In this document: positions 21,548-32,779 of the stretch, piece by piece
How the letters are laid out: the number at the start of each line of letters is the position of its first letter
Numbering within the stretch: position 1 is the first letter of the stretch
Assembly: GCA_977017575.1 (NCBI GenBank)
Contig: CDRNVI010000030.1
Span: forward strand, 186,001 to 250,000
DNA length: 64,000 nt
Direction: 5' to 3'
Source of the DNA: Paramoeba atlantica
Lineage: Eukaryota > Protista > Discosea
The notes under the pieces: generated by a model
The model's database searches: none
Seen by the model: the letters and a program-made list of their open reading frames with translations, nothing else
Told to the model about the DNA's origin: nothing
Program-made: the position numbers and the translations under genes

Positions 21548-24500
21548 ATATGTTATCATGTAGGAAATATTCTACAGAGATTAGACGGTGATTATGGGAG
21601 TTCCATATTACGCGCACAAAACGCGTTGAAATCACCTGACAATCAGCGACTCACTCCCCAGAACTAACCTCCATCCACTGTTTGTTCTCGCGGTGCTGGA
21701 AAATTATGAAACTTCCCCGGAGATCGCTAGTCGTCATATTTCGGCGACACACTGCAACCGCTTCTTCATTTCCCATGAAGAGAGAGTTGAGCGTTCGGAC
21801 CGACATATGCAGTTTGCCTCTCGCTCCCACCTCGAAGACGAGTAGGAATGTGGTAGGATGGTCGAGTTTTCTAGAGTGGTATAAACTCGTGTACTTTTCT
21901 ATTTTGCGCTCGTGTGCGAACTCAAAGTTCTCCTCCCAAGGGCAGGTAAGTTCTATAATGTATTCTTCTCCATTAGATAGTTTCACCCATCCGTCAGGAC
22001 GTAGCTCAGTATCAAGGTTCGTGAGCCACGTGTGGGTGGAGCGGAAGTGGGGGAGATCGAAGTGACATTGACTAGTGGAGGAGGATCGTTGTACGGAGTT
22101 CGCTAATGCCTGTAATACCATGTTATTAGGGTATACCTCCCTTGTTCGAGTGACTTCCTACAACCAGATAGAATATGCCGCGTAGTTTGTGTCTCGCTGT
22201 CACAGATGGGACATTTATCGCTCGCATGTGTCGATACGCCCCACCTACGAAGAGATGCCCTGGTTGGGAGCGGCGTCTCGGTAAGCACTGAGGATGTGAA
22301 CCGCGAAAGCGATTCACTCTTGAGGTTGCATAGGGCGGCGGCGAAGTCTCTCGCAAGGTCTGCTTCCGTTGCGATTCTGAACCATCGTCCTGCTACGGCA
22401 GTACGCCGTTGGACGGCTTCCGTGAGGTGTCGCTCGTATTCGCTTCCAAGGAGTCTTCGGACGTTACTATGGCTTGTACTGTGCATATCCGTCGGCGGGC
22501 GAATGTCTCCTGCTCTCCTTTTGTTCGCTTCTCGCCTGATGCGCTCACGTAAAGCGTGCTGGACCTCGGGATCACGCGATTTATCCATTTGTTCCATTGT
22601 CCCCACAGTGGAAAGAAGCCAAAGTTTTGACAGACTCATGAGATTCCAGTCATGCTCTGAATAGAGCAGCTCACTAGTTGCTGATTTCGCTACGTTTAAC
22701 CATTTCCGAATTTCGCGTGTGGCGCATCGCTGTAGCCGAAGTACGTGATTGAAGGTAAGGCATGAGTTCACGACGAAGGAATACCGCAGACGAGAGATGA
22801 TGCCGTTATTGTATATCCACAGGCGCGCGGGAAGGTCATGTGCGCTGGAAGATATATTACGCAACCAGGCTCGCAGACGGGTTCGTAGTTTTAGAAAGAG
22901 TGTCTTGCCTTGTTGAGCACCGGGTGCGAGCGTCATGCCTTGTTGAGCACCGGGTGCGAGCGTCATGCCTAAAAATGTGCTACCATTATCACATATATGC
23001 GGGATAGGTGACGTGCCGATCACGATCTGTGGTCGGCGTGTAATATATCCAGAGTCTTGCGTCATCGCCATGTGTTGCAGCCGGCATTTTTTCACGTTTA
23101 GTTTCATCCCAATATCGCTTAGAACTTTGACGAGTGCGTTTGTAGCGTTCTGCATTTCCTGGGGGGTATTTGTCAGAATAGTAAGGTCATCTGCGAAGGC
23201 CTTTAGAAAAATTTCTTTCGCATTCCACGTGATCCCGTATTCGGGGCAACTTGAACGGACAAAACGCAGAACTAGCTCCATCGCCAAGTTGAATAAAATA
23301 GGCGAAAGCGTATCTCCCTGCAATACGCCACGACCTATCTCAATAGACTTCGTGAGTCCTTCTGCACATTTAATTTGTGTAGACGCTCGTTCGTACAACG
23401 CTTTGATGTAGTTAATGAGGATCGGTGAGACGCGCGCCCATTTTAAGGCCTGAAATAAAATTGTATGGGGTATGGATCCAAACGCGTTTTTGATATCAAA
23501 CTGGGCAAGTACGTATTGCTTTTTGTGGCGCCGCTGGTGCTCGAGGATCTCGCAAAGGACCTGGGTGTGCTCAACTGTCCCATTCATATGCGGCAAGAAG
23601 CCTTTTTGTATTGTTGTGTCCAGGGCATTGGAATCCAGGGAATGCTGAAGGATACGGTGACTGAGGATTGAGTGGAAAAGCTTCCCAATGCAGCTAGTCA
23701 AGCTTATCGGCCGCCAGTTTTCCATACTTGAGGTGGGGCCCCCTTTGTGGATAAGTCGAGTGACCGCAGTTTTCCAGGTTGGAGGGCATACACCAAATGT
23801 TAGGACATCATTAAACACCTGTGCCATGTGGGTAAAGACAGGGGCGCAGCGCTTTAGCAGCGCGTTCGATACAGTGTCCGAGCCTGGGGCAGCCACAGAG
23901 CGTTTGGATGCGACGGCTGCTGCGATCATGTCTGAGTCAATATCTGACCATTGCATCTCATCAAGGGGAATTGGTTTCGTAAATTCTGCTGGAGGAATCT
24001 TGTGTATCTCTTCTGGTCTAGACATTGAGCCCACAAAGAATCTTTCAACCTCCTGTACAGGAACTGTAGGGTAGGACGTCTCAGTTTCTGAGGTAGATGG
24101 GTCGACGCGATCTAAGCATTCGCCCGCGGCTGTCCAGGGATTTCGCTGGAATCGCGTAAGAGCCCACCGTCGATCGATTTCTTTCCTCTGCAAACTGGAT
24201 TCTTCCATGTACTGTTTTAGTGCCTTTTCGGCTTCCTTTATTTCCCCTCGTTGCTTATTTCTCGCAGGACCCTTCATGAACGTTAGCGCACGTTTAAGTT
24301 GTCGAACGTGTTGACTGAGTACTTTCACTGTGCGTTCAATGACTATATTACTTGTATAAGAAAGCCGTGCGTCGGATCGTTTTCCCGTGCGGCCTCGAAT
24401 GCAGTTACAGCGAGGATTGCTGAGAGTATTTCAGCTTGCGACAGGGCGTCCTCTTTGTCTCGCGCCAGGTGGATATACGAGTTGCAGCGTTCCTCGATCT

Positions 24501-26363
24501 TCGCAATAATACTCTCCCACTGTTCCTCTGTGAAACGGACTAGAACGCGACCTCCATTTATTGTGCGGAATGTTTCGAGTAGGTTCTGCAGTTCAGGGAG
24601 AGGTCGGGTAGCCGGGACTTGCCGGACACGAGGGATGCGCTGCAATATCGTGTGTTCGCAGTTTCCTTCTGGTGGGGAAGGCAAAGGTAAGGGCAGAGGC
24701 GTGGGATCTGTTGCGGACTGCACAAGGGGTAAAGAAGGCGAGGAGCGGCGTACAGAAGGGGAATCATGTTGCGGGGCGTGGACAAGTGGTGCATTCCGCA
24801 CAGGGCTCAGTATTGGACTCGAGCGATTCGAGGGGTTGGTGTGAACTGGGGGGTAGGTTGTTGCGCGTGGAGGGGGCGGTAGTGAAGCTTTTCCGGCGCG
24901 TTCCGCATCACCCATTGCAGGGCACAGTATATTTCTCGTGGTCCAGCATATGGCAGAGTACGCTACTTCAGCGACTTTGAGGAGAACTCCTTTCTGGCAG
25001 CATTGATGTTTACATGTTGCCTTGTCCTTACATTTATGAGCGCAGTTGCGACGAGGCGCTGTTGGAGCAGGGGTGTTGTTGTCATTGCTGGTGTGCAGGT
25101 CTGGAGAGGTACGGACGGGTTCGCGGAGTACAACCTCCGTGCTAGGTTGTATGACACCATTTTTGCAACATCGATGCTTGCACTGAGCTTTGTTGCTACA
25201 TATGTGCCGACAGGGGCGATAATTGACTTCATTGGTTGATGTTTGTGTGTGGTGTGCGGCGTCATCCATGTATCCTAGTGAGGGCGGATTTGCGGTTCCG
25301 GATCCCTGACCTCTTCGAAGTGTCCGATGTCTGGTGTGGTATGCTGATCGGTGTCTATGGATAAGCCTGCTGGTAGTGGACTACTTGCTCGAGCTATGGG
25401 TGGTTCCACGAGGGGTAGCACTGGTTGAGGACTACTTTGGGCATCTGTAATGGGGACCCCCACTTTGCAACACTTGTGCAGACAATTTCTTTTGTCGCGG
25501 CATGTGTGTTTGCACGGTCTTCTGTGAGAAGTAAGTGAGGGTTCCATAGGGGCAACGTCCTCCGGAGAGGGAAGAGACACGTTAGGCGGAAGAGATCCTT
25601 CGTGTCGTACTTTGCAACATGCGTGGAGACACGATGTTTTGTCCCGGCATTTATGAGCGCATGGGGCACGTGGTTCTGAAGCGTGTTTTGAGGCATATGA
25701 TGGCGGTGACACCTTGTAAGAGTCATCTCGGATCCTATAGGGTGCGTCATAGGTAATCTCTGGGTGACCCCGTAGTAGTTCAATGGGTTGTATTTTTCGA
25801 GTTACGTGTGTGATTCGGAACTTTCGTAATCCTGGGATGTCACTACCACATAATTTCTTCGTGACCGCTTTGCCGAGCGCGTTCGAAGAGGAGTACACTG
25901 CATTAAGCTGCATGAACGAATCCCTGTAGGCGGAACTCCAGCTGGCGTGACAAAACGTGCGACTTGGGTTTCCCGTTTCTTGGTATTTTAGGTGTTCACA
26001 TGCGTTGTTTTCAATGACATCTTGAATTGTACACGATTTGATTATCAGACCATCACTTCTTTTGCTTTCCGACTTCAAGGTTTTGCCGATCGAGGCTTTA
26101 GCCGTGTGGACACTCGAGAAGAACTCTCGTTCTGTGAGGGCAATGGCCGCGGCATGCGTGTCTGGGAAATATGACCATGTGACGCTGTCCGAGGGGCGGA
26201 TTTTGACGGGCATCGCTCGACTTTGGATGAAGTGAAAGCTCTGGGGATGTCGCTGCGCGCTAACAGGTCCTCGAGGGAGGCCGTCGTGCGCGATTGGAGC
26301 CGGTGAGGTGACATTGGAGGACATGCTCCGGAAGATAAAGTTAGTACAAAATTGAAAATAATT
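21548..26363 (-). mobile_element. Full-length but frameshifted RLE-type non-LTR retrotransposon (HERO-like), flanked by a 28-bp direct repeat
   Basis: RT motifs KGFLP, QFDIKNAFGSIPH, GVLQGDTLSP, AFADDL; CCHC finger CPIC...HILSGC; RPDG...ELTCPWEE endonuclease; identical 28-mers at 21520-21547 and 26364-26391. Confidence 0.9.
21651..24328 (-). pseudogene. RT plus CCHC plus restriction-like endonuclease ORF, broken by a frameshift at ~22120
   Basis: ORFs 22103-24328 and 21651-22121; the RHD/RHN motif is disrupted (GRYTL|..NMVLQ); 30-bp in-frame duplication GMTLAPGAQQ x2 at ~22909-22968. Confidence 0.9.
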
Positions 26364-26369
26364 CAACAA
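24343..26369 (-). CDS. ORF1 region in two frames (25275-26369, likely ATG at 26324; 24343-25269) with four CxHxC-x5-CxHxCC fingers and Pro-rich linkers
   Basis: CAHKCRDKTSCLHACCK, CKHTCRDKRNCLHKCCK, CRHICSNKAQCKHRCCK, CAHKCKDKATCKHQCCQ. Confidence 0.75.
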
Positions 26370-26391
26370 GGTACAGAAACTGTATCTTTAT
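26364..26391 (-). repeat. SL-exon-like 28-mer at the element 5' end (no GT intron follows)
   Basis: Identical to 21520-21547. Confidence 0.9.
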
Positions 26392-26394
26392 TTT

Positions 26395-26450
26395 ATTCAA
26401 ATGCCTCATTTTCGATGGAAGCAGTGTCAAATCTACGGGCCCATTCAAAC
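26395..26450 (-). pseudogene. LRR family A fragment, 5' part of the split piece
   Basis: Identical to 28914-28969 (NGPVDLTLLPSKMRHLN). Confidence 0.85.
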
Positions 26451-27248
26451 AAAGCCTTACATTTATAACAATACGTCTTGTAGCGGCAGCTCGCCGCGAA
26501 GTAGCCCATCCGTTTGCAGTTATAACATTTTATACCTTCGTTCTCCCGCAGCTGATGTTTCGTTGGTGTAAACGGCGAACCTCCTTGAGGGCGGTAGATC
26601 CTCAAGCTTCGCAACACGAGCCTTGGATTGCAGCTTCTCGGTTGCGGACATAATCCTTGCTTTCTTTTGAATGGCTTCTCGTACCAAACAGGCACTCTTC
26701 CCCCCTGCCATGATGCCATGTAAGAGTGACTTTCCGGTGAAATCAACCTCGGCCCCCAAATCGGCAGCCAGCTCGGTCATCACTCTTCCCGCTACCTTCT
26801 CAAGTAGCTCCCATACCATGACGTGCATGCCTGGCACGAGTCACTTTTCTTTTAGAGAGCCAGGCCCCCCCGACACTAACTCCTCCAAAACTACCTCCTC
26901 GCCTTTCGCGAGCACTTCGGCCACTTCGTTCGCCATCTTTGTTTCCTGCTTCGTTACTATTTTCCCGCGGGGGACTATTGAGTTGACGAACGTCTCCGAT
27001 AGAAATGGCATTGAGAAGGTGCCTATAAGAGCAGATAGCGTTCCTTCCGTTTCCTGGGGACCGGAATCTTTGACGTTCTCCTCTTTAGCGGCTCCCACCC
27101 CTTCCTTTTTGTTAGCGATGTAATGCGTCGCGATTTCGAGAAGCAGCTTTCCAGAAATTTTCTTGTCCTCGTACCGCTTCTCCTCAATTAGCCGGACAAC
27201 TTCCAGCTTTTCGGCTTCATGTACGTTCTCTCCGACTGCTTTCAGCAT
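26451..27248 (-). pseudogene. Gag/ORF1-like relic with degenerate zinc knuckle(s)
   Basis: CYNCKRMGYFAASC followed by CYKC, truncated at the LRR fragment; upstream charged helical ORFs are broken by a stop and a frameshift. Confidence 0.5.
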
Positions 27249-27650
27249 AGCCGGGATGAAGTCAGCTTGGCTGAGCCAACCTTCATGCGACTATTTTCAG
27301 CATCGCGTACCTCTCAGCGACCTTGTACTCACCTTCCAAGGAATTTAATACAGTTGAGTCCGTTTCGGAATCAGACATGGAATGATCACTTTAGAAGATA
27401 ATTGTTATAGAAAGTACTACACGACAAAGCTTTCCTCAATATTCTGCGCTGGAAGGACCTAGATCCCCTTGCTTACTTCATCATCTGATACATTAGATAG
27501 ATTTACACTCTGAAAACGAGCCAAGAAGTTAGCTTCTAGTCTTCAGAGCTGAGCCTAGAAGCATTTCTTGTCTCTATTCCAGCGAGATCCGCCGGCTTGC
27601 TAAGTGATGCACCCAGTAAACTGGAAGACATCAGAACATTAAAAAAAAAT

Positions 27651-27831
27651 GTGTGCCCTAAAGACACTCACGTGATTCTACAGGGCGTCGCTCACCCTAG
27701 TGTGCCCTAAAGACACTCACGCGACTCTACGGGGCGTCGCTCACCCTAGTGTGCCCTAAAGACACTCACGCGACTCTACGGGGCGTCGCTCACCCTAGTG
27801 TGCCCTAAAGACACTCACGCGACTCTACAGG
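27651..27831 (+). repeat. 49-bp minisatellite, ~3.7 copies
   Basis: GTGTGCCCTAAAGACACTCACG(C/T)GA(C/T)TCTAC(A/G)GGGCGTCGCTCACCCTA; units start at 27651, 27700, 27749 and 27798. Confidence 0.95.
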
Positions 27832-28700
27832 AAGTTGATTACCCGTGATCCTTTCTTGGTTCACCCGAAGGTGTTAAGCCAGAGCGCCACGACAAGGCGA
27901 AGGATCGAGCTCTGGAATAGAGACAAGAAGTCTTCAACGTCTTTTGAATCCAGCAAGGAATTCGACACTGTGGGAAATTTAGTTCCTTTGTCGGGGCTGC
28001 GTGCGGAGTCATTGTTCCTATTACCTACCCAGTTTCCAAAAATTTCACAATAGCCACCGCTCTCCGAGCATGACTTTATTCCGTTTTTCTACTTCTTTTA
28101 TATTTCTTGTCAATGTTCAACGGCAAAATCAATGCGAAAATGAGAATAGTCGCGAAAATGAGAATGAGAATGAAAAAATTCTGTCAATGTTCAATTACGG
28201 ATTCTGAGAATAGCGACTACCACTGTACTTGTACTTGGCACTGCTGAGGACCCTTTTCTAGAAGGAGACCGGTGGGGAGCCATGCATTACGATGCGTTGC
28301 TCCGGAGCTTTGCTGGAGATTTGGTCATCTCCGAGCTTGGAGTTTGTTCAGTCTTGTTTCAAAAGGCTGGGAAGGGTCCAGGTGCGGATGAAGTATGCCG
28401 CGGCGATGATTTTCCACCATATTTGGGGGTGACTCCTCCTGATACGCGCAGGGAGGTGAAAATTACCAAATTTGTGGGCTGACCAAAACAAAAAAATATT
28501 GTTCAATGCAAGAAAAATCGCTTCCCGAAAAGTGGGTACAAAAACATTCGTCCTAGAAAAAGGAACTCATAAGCGTATCCCCCAGAATTGGGGGAACTCG
28601 GAAGCAGGGGGGGTGTACAGTATAGTAATTGGAGTCCGAAAAACAGGGTCTACCCCAAACTTTCGGCATGTACAAAAAAGCGACTCCGAATTCGTCTGTA

Positions 28701-29552
28701 CTACCGAATTTGTCCTACTGGTATGTTTGGTAAATATTTGGCGTCTATCTCTCCTTCAAATGAGTTGTGACCCAACGCAAGGCCCCAAAGACCTGGCGGC
28801 AGTTTGTCCAAACACAATTCACCGCTGAATTTGTTATGGGATAACGACAAATACTTCATTGTTGGAGGTAATTTCGTGAGATTTATTTCACCACTAAACT
28901 CGTTTCGTCTTAAATTCAAATGCCTCATTTTCGATGGAAGCAGTGTCAAATCTACGGGCCCATTCAAACGATTTTCCATCAACAAGAGTTCTTCCATGGG
29001 AGGTGGAAGTCTCGTAAGGCACACATTCCCCGTGAACTTGTTCGTGTATGAACAAAACGAATATAGTGATGGGGGAAGCGATGTCAAATCTAATGAACCC
29101 TCAAACTCATTTTGACTCACGTCTAAATTTTCAAGTTTATCCGACAAACCATCTAATCGAATTTCGCCTCTGAATTGATTCTTGTTCACAGAAAAACGCT
29201 TCACCAGGTTCGGAATATCCGTCAAGTCGAGACTCCCTTTTAAACCGTACTCCCAATGATCTGGACCTTCAGAATCCTCCATTTGCTCCCAATAAATATC
29301 GTCCGGTTCCCCTTGTTCATTACATTCAACTCCTTCCCACTCGCACGCAGGCGTATCCGTGTCCCACGTGTTGTGAGGATTTTCAATATTGCGAATGAGT
29401 CGTGCGAGTTGGTATTCCAATGGAAGATTCGCGACGCTCACTTTTGCGGCCCTTTTAAGCGGTCTCGGACTCACCGTTGTGTTTTCTTTATCACTTAATT
29501 TGCGTCTCTTACGATCCGGGGAGGGGGCTTCTTCAAACTTTACGGTAAGCAT
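28701..29552 (-). CDS. LRR protein 4 (283 aa), family A
   Basis: Same basic N-terminus, cap and 23-aa LRRs. Confidence 0.93.
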   Translation of the reverse strand: MLTVKFEEAPSPDRKRRKLSDKENTTVSPRPLKRAAKVSVANLPLEYQLARLIRNIENPHNTWDTDTPACEWEGVECNEQGEPDDIYWEQMEDSEGPDHWEYGLKGSLDLTDIPNLVKRFSVNKNQFRGEIRLDGLSDKLENLDVSQNEFEGSLDLTSLPPSLYSFCSYTNKFTGNVCLTRLPPPMEELLLMENRLNGPVDLTLLPSKMRHLNLRRNEFSGEINLTKLPPTMKYLSLSHNKFSGELCLDKLPPGLWGLALGHNSFEGEIDAKYLPNIPVGQIR

Positions 29553-29719
29553 ATGTATGGAAGAGGAGAGGTTGAACAGAGTTAAAAAGTGTGCGCAAGA
29601 TTTAGGTTTTTTGGTGAAAGTGAAGTATTATTTTACATAAAAAATATTCTTTTTTCCGTTAATGTTTTTATGTGTTCTAAGTGTTGCCTTATCATATTTT
29701 ATGTGCGTTTCTGACATTC

Positions 29720-30500
29720 GTTTACATACAGCTGTACTTTCTTCGCGGTGACGGTACGCTTGATAGTGGGAAAGAAGCGAGAGATAATCGGCTGAAGTTC
29801 GGCACAGAAATTGTGAAAAGTAAGCTAAAGAGAGGAAAACATGAGGATTATGCCCTAAAATCTTACCCCTACTTCGTGCACGGAGTTGGAGAAATGGTTC
29901 CTGCAAAACCACACAAAAAGATATGCAACCGTTGAGAATCAGTATATCGGAATGCGTGCCGTATCAAGCAGGAAAAATACGAACCTCACACATCTCAATG
30001 CTCAGCCATCTCACTACCAGCATTCTTTTGCTCATCAGAGCCGACATCTGGCCAATCCGATGTGCACTGGGAAGATCTGCCACAGCCGAGGTGTGGGTCG
30101 GAGAACAGTACAGGAGATTTGCATTCCGCAGCAGATACAGCACTTGCTCAGGAGAAGTCCGAGCAGTAAGATTTCTCCAGAATTCAGTTTGATGAAACCG
30201 TTATAGGAAAACGTAAATATCAGCGTGGGAGACGTCAGCGCAAAACGGCGGTGGTGATTTACGACGGCGACAGAGATCCGAGGACAAGAAATGGGAAGAA
30301 CCCATTGGATACTAGTGAAGCAAAGAGATACTGAAACTCTTCAGAGCTTTATTCTTCCTCACTTGATGAGTGCGAGGGCTGACGTTGTTAGCGACTGTTG
30401 GGGTGCGTACACTACTCTGGGGGACTTTTGCCGTTACCACGCTGTGAAGCACAGCTTGAAGTTTGTGAACTCCCAAGGCTATCGCACTAAACCTGGCTAG
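29720..30500 (+). pseudogene. Merlin relics (3' end of one subfamily at ~29720-29850; core of a second at ~29930-30500)
   Basis: EARDNRLKF...KLKRG shared with 10821-11183; QFDETVIGKRKYQRGR, HWILVKQRDT and VVSDCWGAY motifs. Confidence 0.8.
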
Positions 30501-30750
30501 GAAGAAAATGATAAAGTATAATTTATGGCCTTGGGACATAAATGACATTTTATGAGTTGTGAGCAAGGGTGAATACGCAGCCTGGATCACTTTTGTGGTT
30601 TGCGTTGGAAGTAAGTCACGATGGATCATAACCGGTGGTCATGACTCTAATCGATTTTGTTTTTTAAATTAGAATAGCTTTCTGTTAAAAAGATTCCTTT
30701 TATGGTATCGAACGCGAAATAACCCCAACCTCCTTAAAACGGGTGTTAAT

Positions 30751-30982
30751 TTGCTGCACCCGTCGATCTATAAACGCGGCACAGAAAACACTTCTAGATA
30801 TCAATGTGTACAACCTCAAACATTGTCATATCATTTTGGTAATTTTAGTAATCATGAAAAGGAAACTTGCCTTAAAACTTGCTGCACCCGTCGATCTATA
30901 AACGCGGCACAGCAAACACTTCTAGATATCGATGTGTACAACCTCAAACATTGTCATGTCATTTTAGTAATTTTAGTAATCA
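30751..30982 (+). repeat. ~105-bp direct tandem duplication (period ~129)
   Basis: TTGCTGCACCCGTCGATCTATAAACGCGGCACAG... occurs twice. Confidence 0.9.
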
Positions 30983-31081
30983 AGAAAAGGAGTCCTTTTT
31001 GGCAGTCCTTTTGAAGGACCATGAAAGGGGGTCGTTTTAAAGGACAGCGGATTCGGGACGATTGGGTCGAAAAACAGTCCC

Positions 31082-31710
31082 ATGCCAAATATTTCCAAAA
31101 TCGAAGAAAATACAAGACCTGTAGGGGGGGTACGTGAGGGGGGTGACGGTAATGGGGTACAATTCATGCAGAAGGACGAGACCTACAGAAGTAAAGAGAG
31201 GCTGGAGCCATCGCAACCACTGTGTTCCGAAACAAGGTCAGCAATAGTTCCACACTCTTGTGATCACGAATGCGGATGACCGGGCACAAGAGGTGTTTGT
31301 CAAATCCTTTCATAAATACCAATTGGTGTACTTCTACCCCCCGCTCCTACCCCAGTTAGCGCACCTTTGTCAAAAGCCTGCCGAATCGTTGTTCCATCCA
31401 CGATTACTCCACATGTCTTGCATTTAGGAGAACGGTCCTGAAGACCGACGGGTGACGTGGAAGGTTAGAGTTCGGTTCACTTGTAAACCACAAGATAGTG
31501 AATCATAGAGGAAGTGGGCGACAACCGAAAGAGTATCAAAGAACACCGTCGACGGAATGAAGAGCCGATTGAAAATTGAGCTAAAGCTTCGTTGGAACCA
31601 GCCAGGCGTTGAAGATGAAGCTCGAGAGAAGAAGATAAAGTTCAGAGTGTACAACCGGAAAGTTGAGAGTTGCGTAAACGGCAAGTTGAGAAAACTTTGG
31701 TTCATTGCGC
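31082..31710 (+). pseudogene. Merlin transposase relic (same subfamily as 10225-11183)
   Basis: VQFMQKDETY, HKIVNH, and DGMKSRLK...EAREKKIKF...VNGKLRK. Confidence 0.75.
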
Positions 31711-31873
31711 ATACTATTGAATATTAAGCTGCTTTTTGTGTCGGTAGTGCTGGGCTGAAAACCGTGCATGCTGAAAAATACGTGAAAAACAAGAAGCGTA
31801 AAGAACAAAGCGTCGTCCTTTCTATTTCATTTTGCGCGACATAGGTTGTTTTTGTTTCTGTATTTCGACGTTG

Positions 31874-32779
31874 TCAGTCACGCAAGTATTTGGCGTCTAT
31901 CTCTCCTTTAAATGAGTTGTGACCCAACGCGAGGTGTGAAAGAGATGACGGAAGTTTGTCCAAACACAATTCACCGCTGAATTTGTTATGGGATAACTTC
32001 AAAAATGTGATTATGGTGGGTAAGTTCGCGAGATTTATTTCACCACTAAACTCGTTTCGTTCTAAATTCAAATGCCACATTTTCGATGGAAGCAACGTCA
32101 AATCTACGGGCCCAGTCAAACGATTGTCCCCCAACAAGAGTCGCCCCATGATAGGTGGCAATCTCGTAAGACACACATTCCCTGAAAAGTTGTTCATGTA
32201 TGAACAAAACGAATACAGTGATGGAGGAAGAGATGTCAAATCTAATGAACCCTCAAATTCATTTTGACTCAGGTCTAAATTTTCAAGTTTGTTGGGTAAA
32301 CCATCTAATCGAACCTTGCCTCTCAATTGATTATTATTCACAGAAAAACGCTCCACCAGGTTCGGAATATCCGTCAAGTCGAGACTCCCTTTTAAACCGT
32401 ACTCCCAATGATCTTGACAGTCCGACTCTTCCATTTGCTCCATTTGCTCCCAATAAATATCGTCCGGTTCCCCTTGTTCATTACATTCAACTCCTTCCCA
32501 CTCGCACACAGGCGTATCCGTGTCCCACGTGTAGTGAGGATTTTCAATATTGCGAATGAGACGTGCGAGTTGGTATTCCAATGGAAGATTCGCGACGCTC
32601 ACTTTTGCGGCCCTTTTAAGCGGTCTCGGACTCACCGTTGTGTTTTCTTTATCACTTAATTTGCGTCTCTTACGATCCGGGGAGGGGGCTTCTTCAAACT
32701 TTACGGCAAGCATATGCATGAAAAAGGAGAGAGGTTGAACAAAAGAAGGAGGTAGAACGAAAGAGGTTGAACAAAACAA
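31874..32779 (-). CDS. LRR protein 5, family A (homologous ATG at 32713)
   Basis: Paralog of family A with a small EQM duplication in the cap linker. Confidence 0.93.
   Translation of the reverse strand: MFCSTSFVLPPSFVQPLSFFMHMLAVKFEEAPSPDRKRRKLSDKENTTVSPRPLKRAAKVSVANLPLEYQLARLIRNIENPHYTWDTDTPVCEWEGVECNEQGEPDDIYWEQMEQMEESDCQDHWEYGLKGSLDLTDIPNLVERFSVNNNQLRGKVRLDGLPNKLENLDLSQNEFEGSLDLTSLPPSLYSFCSYMNNFSGNVCLTRLPPIMGRLLLGDNRLTGPVDLTLLPSKMWHLNLERNEFSGEINLANLPTIITFLKLSHNKFSGELCLDKLPSSLSHLALGHNSFKGEIDAKYLRD

Noticed and set aside
27651-27831. CRISPR-like array
   Set aside because: Pure head-to-tail 49-bp tandem repeat with no spacers.
31853-31868. GTTTCTGTA as an SL relic
   Set aside because: Too short, and it is part of a 3' flank shared with the LRR2 paralog.
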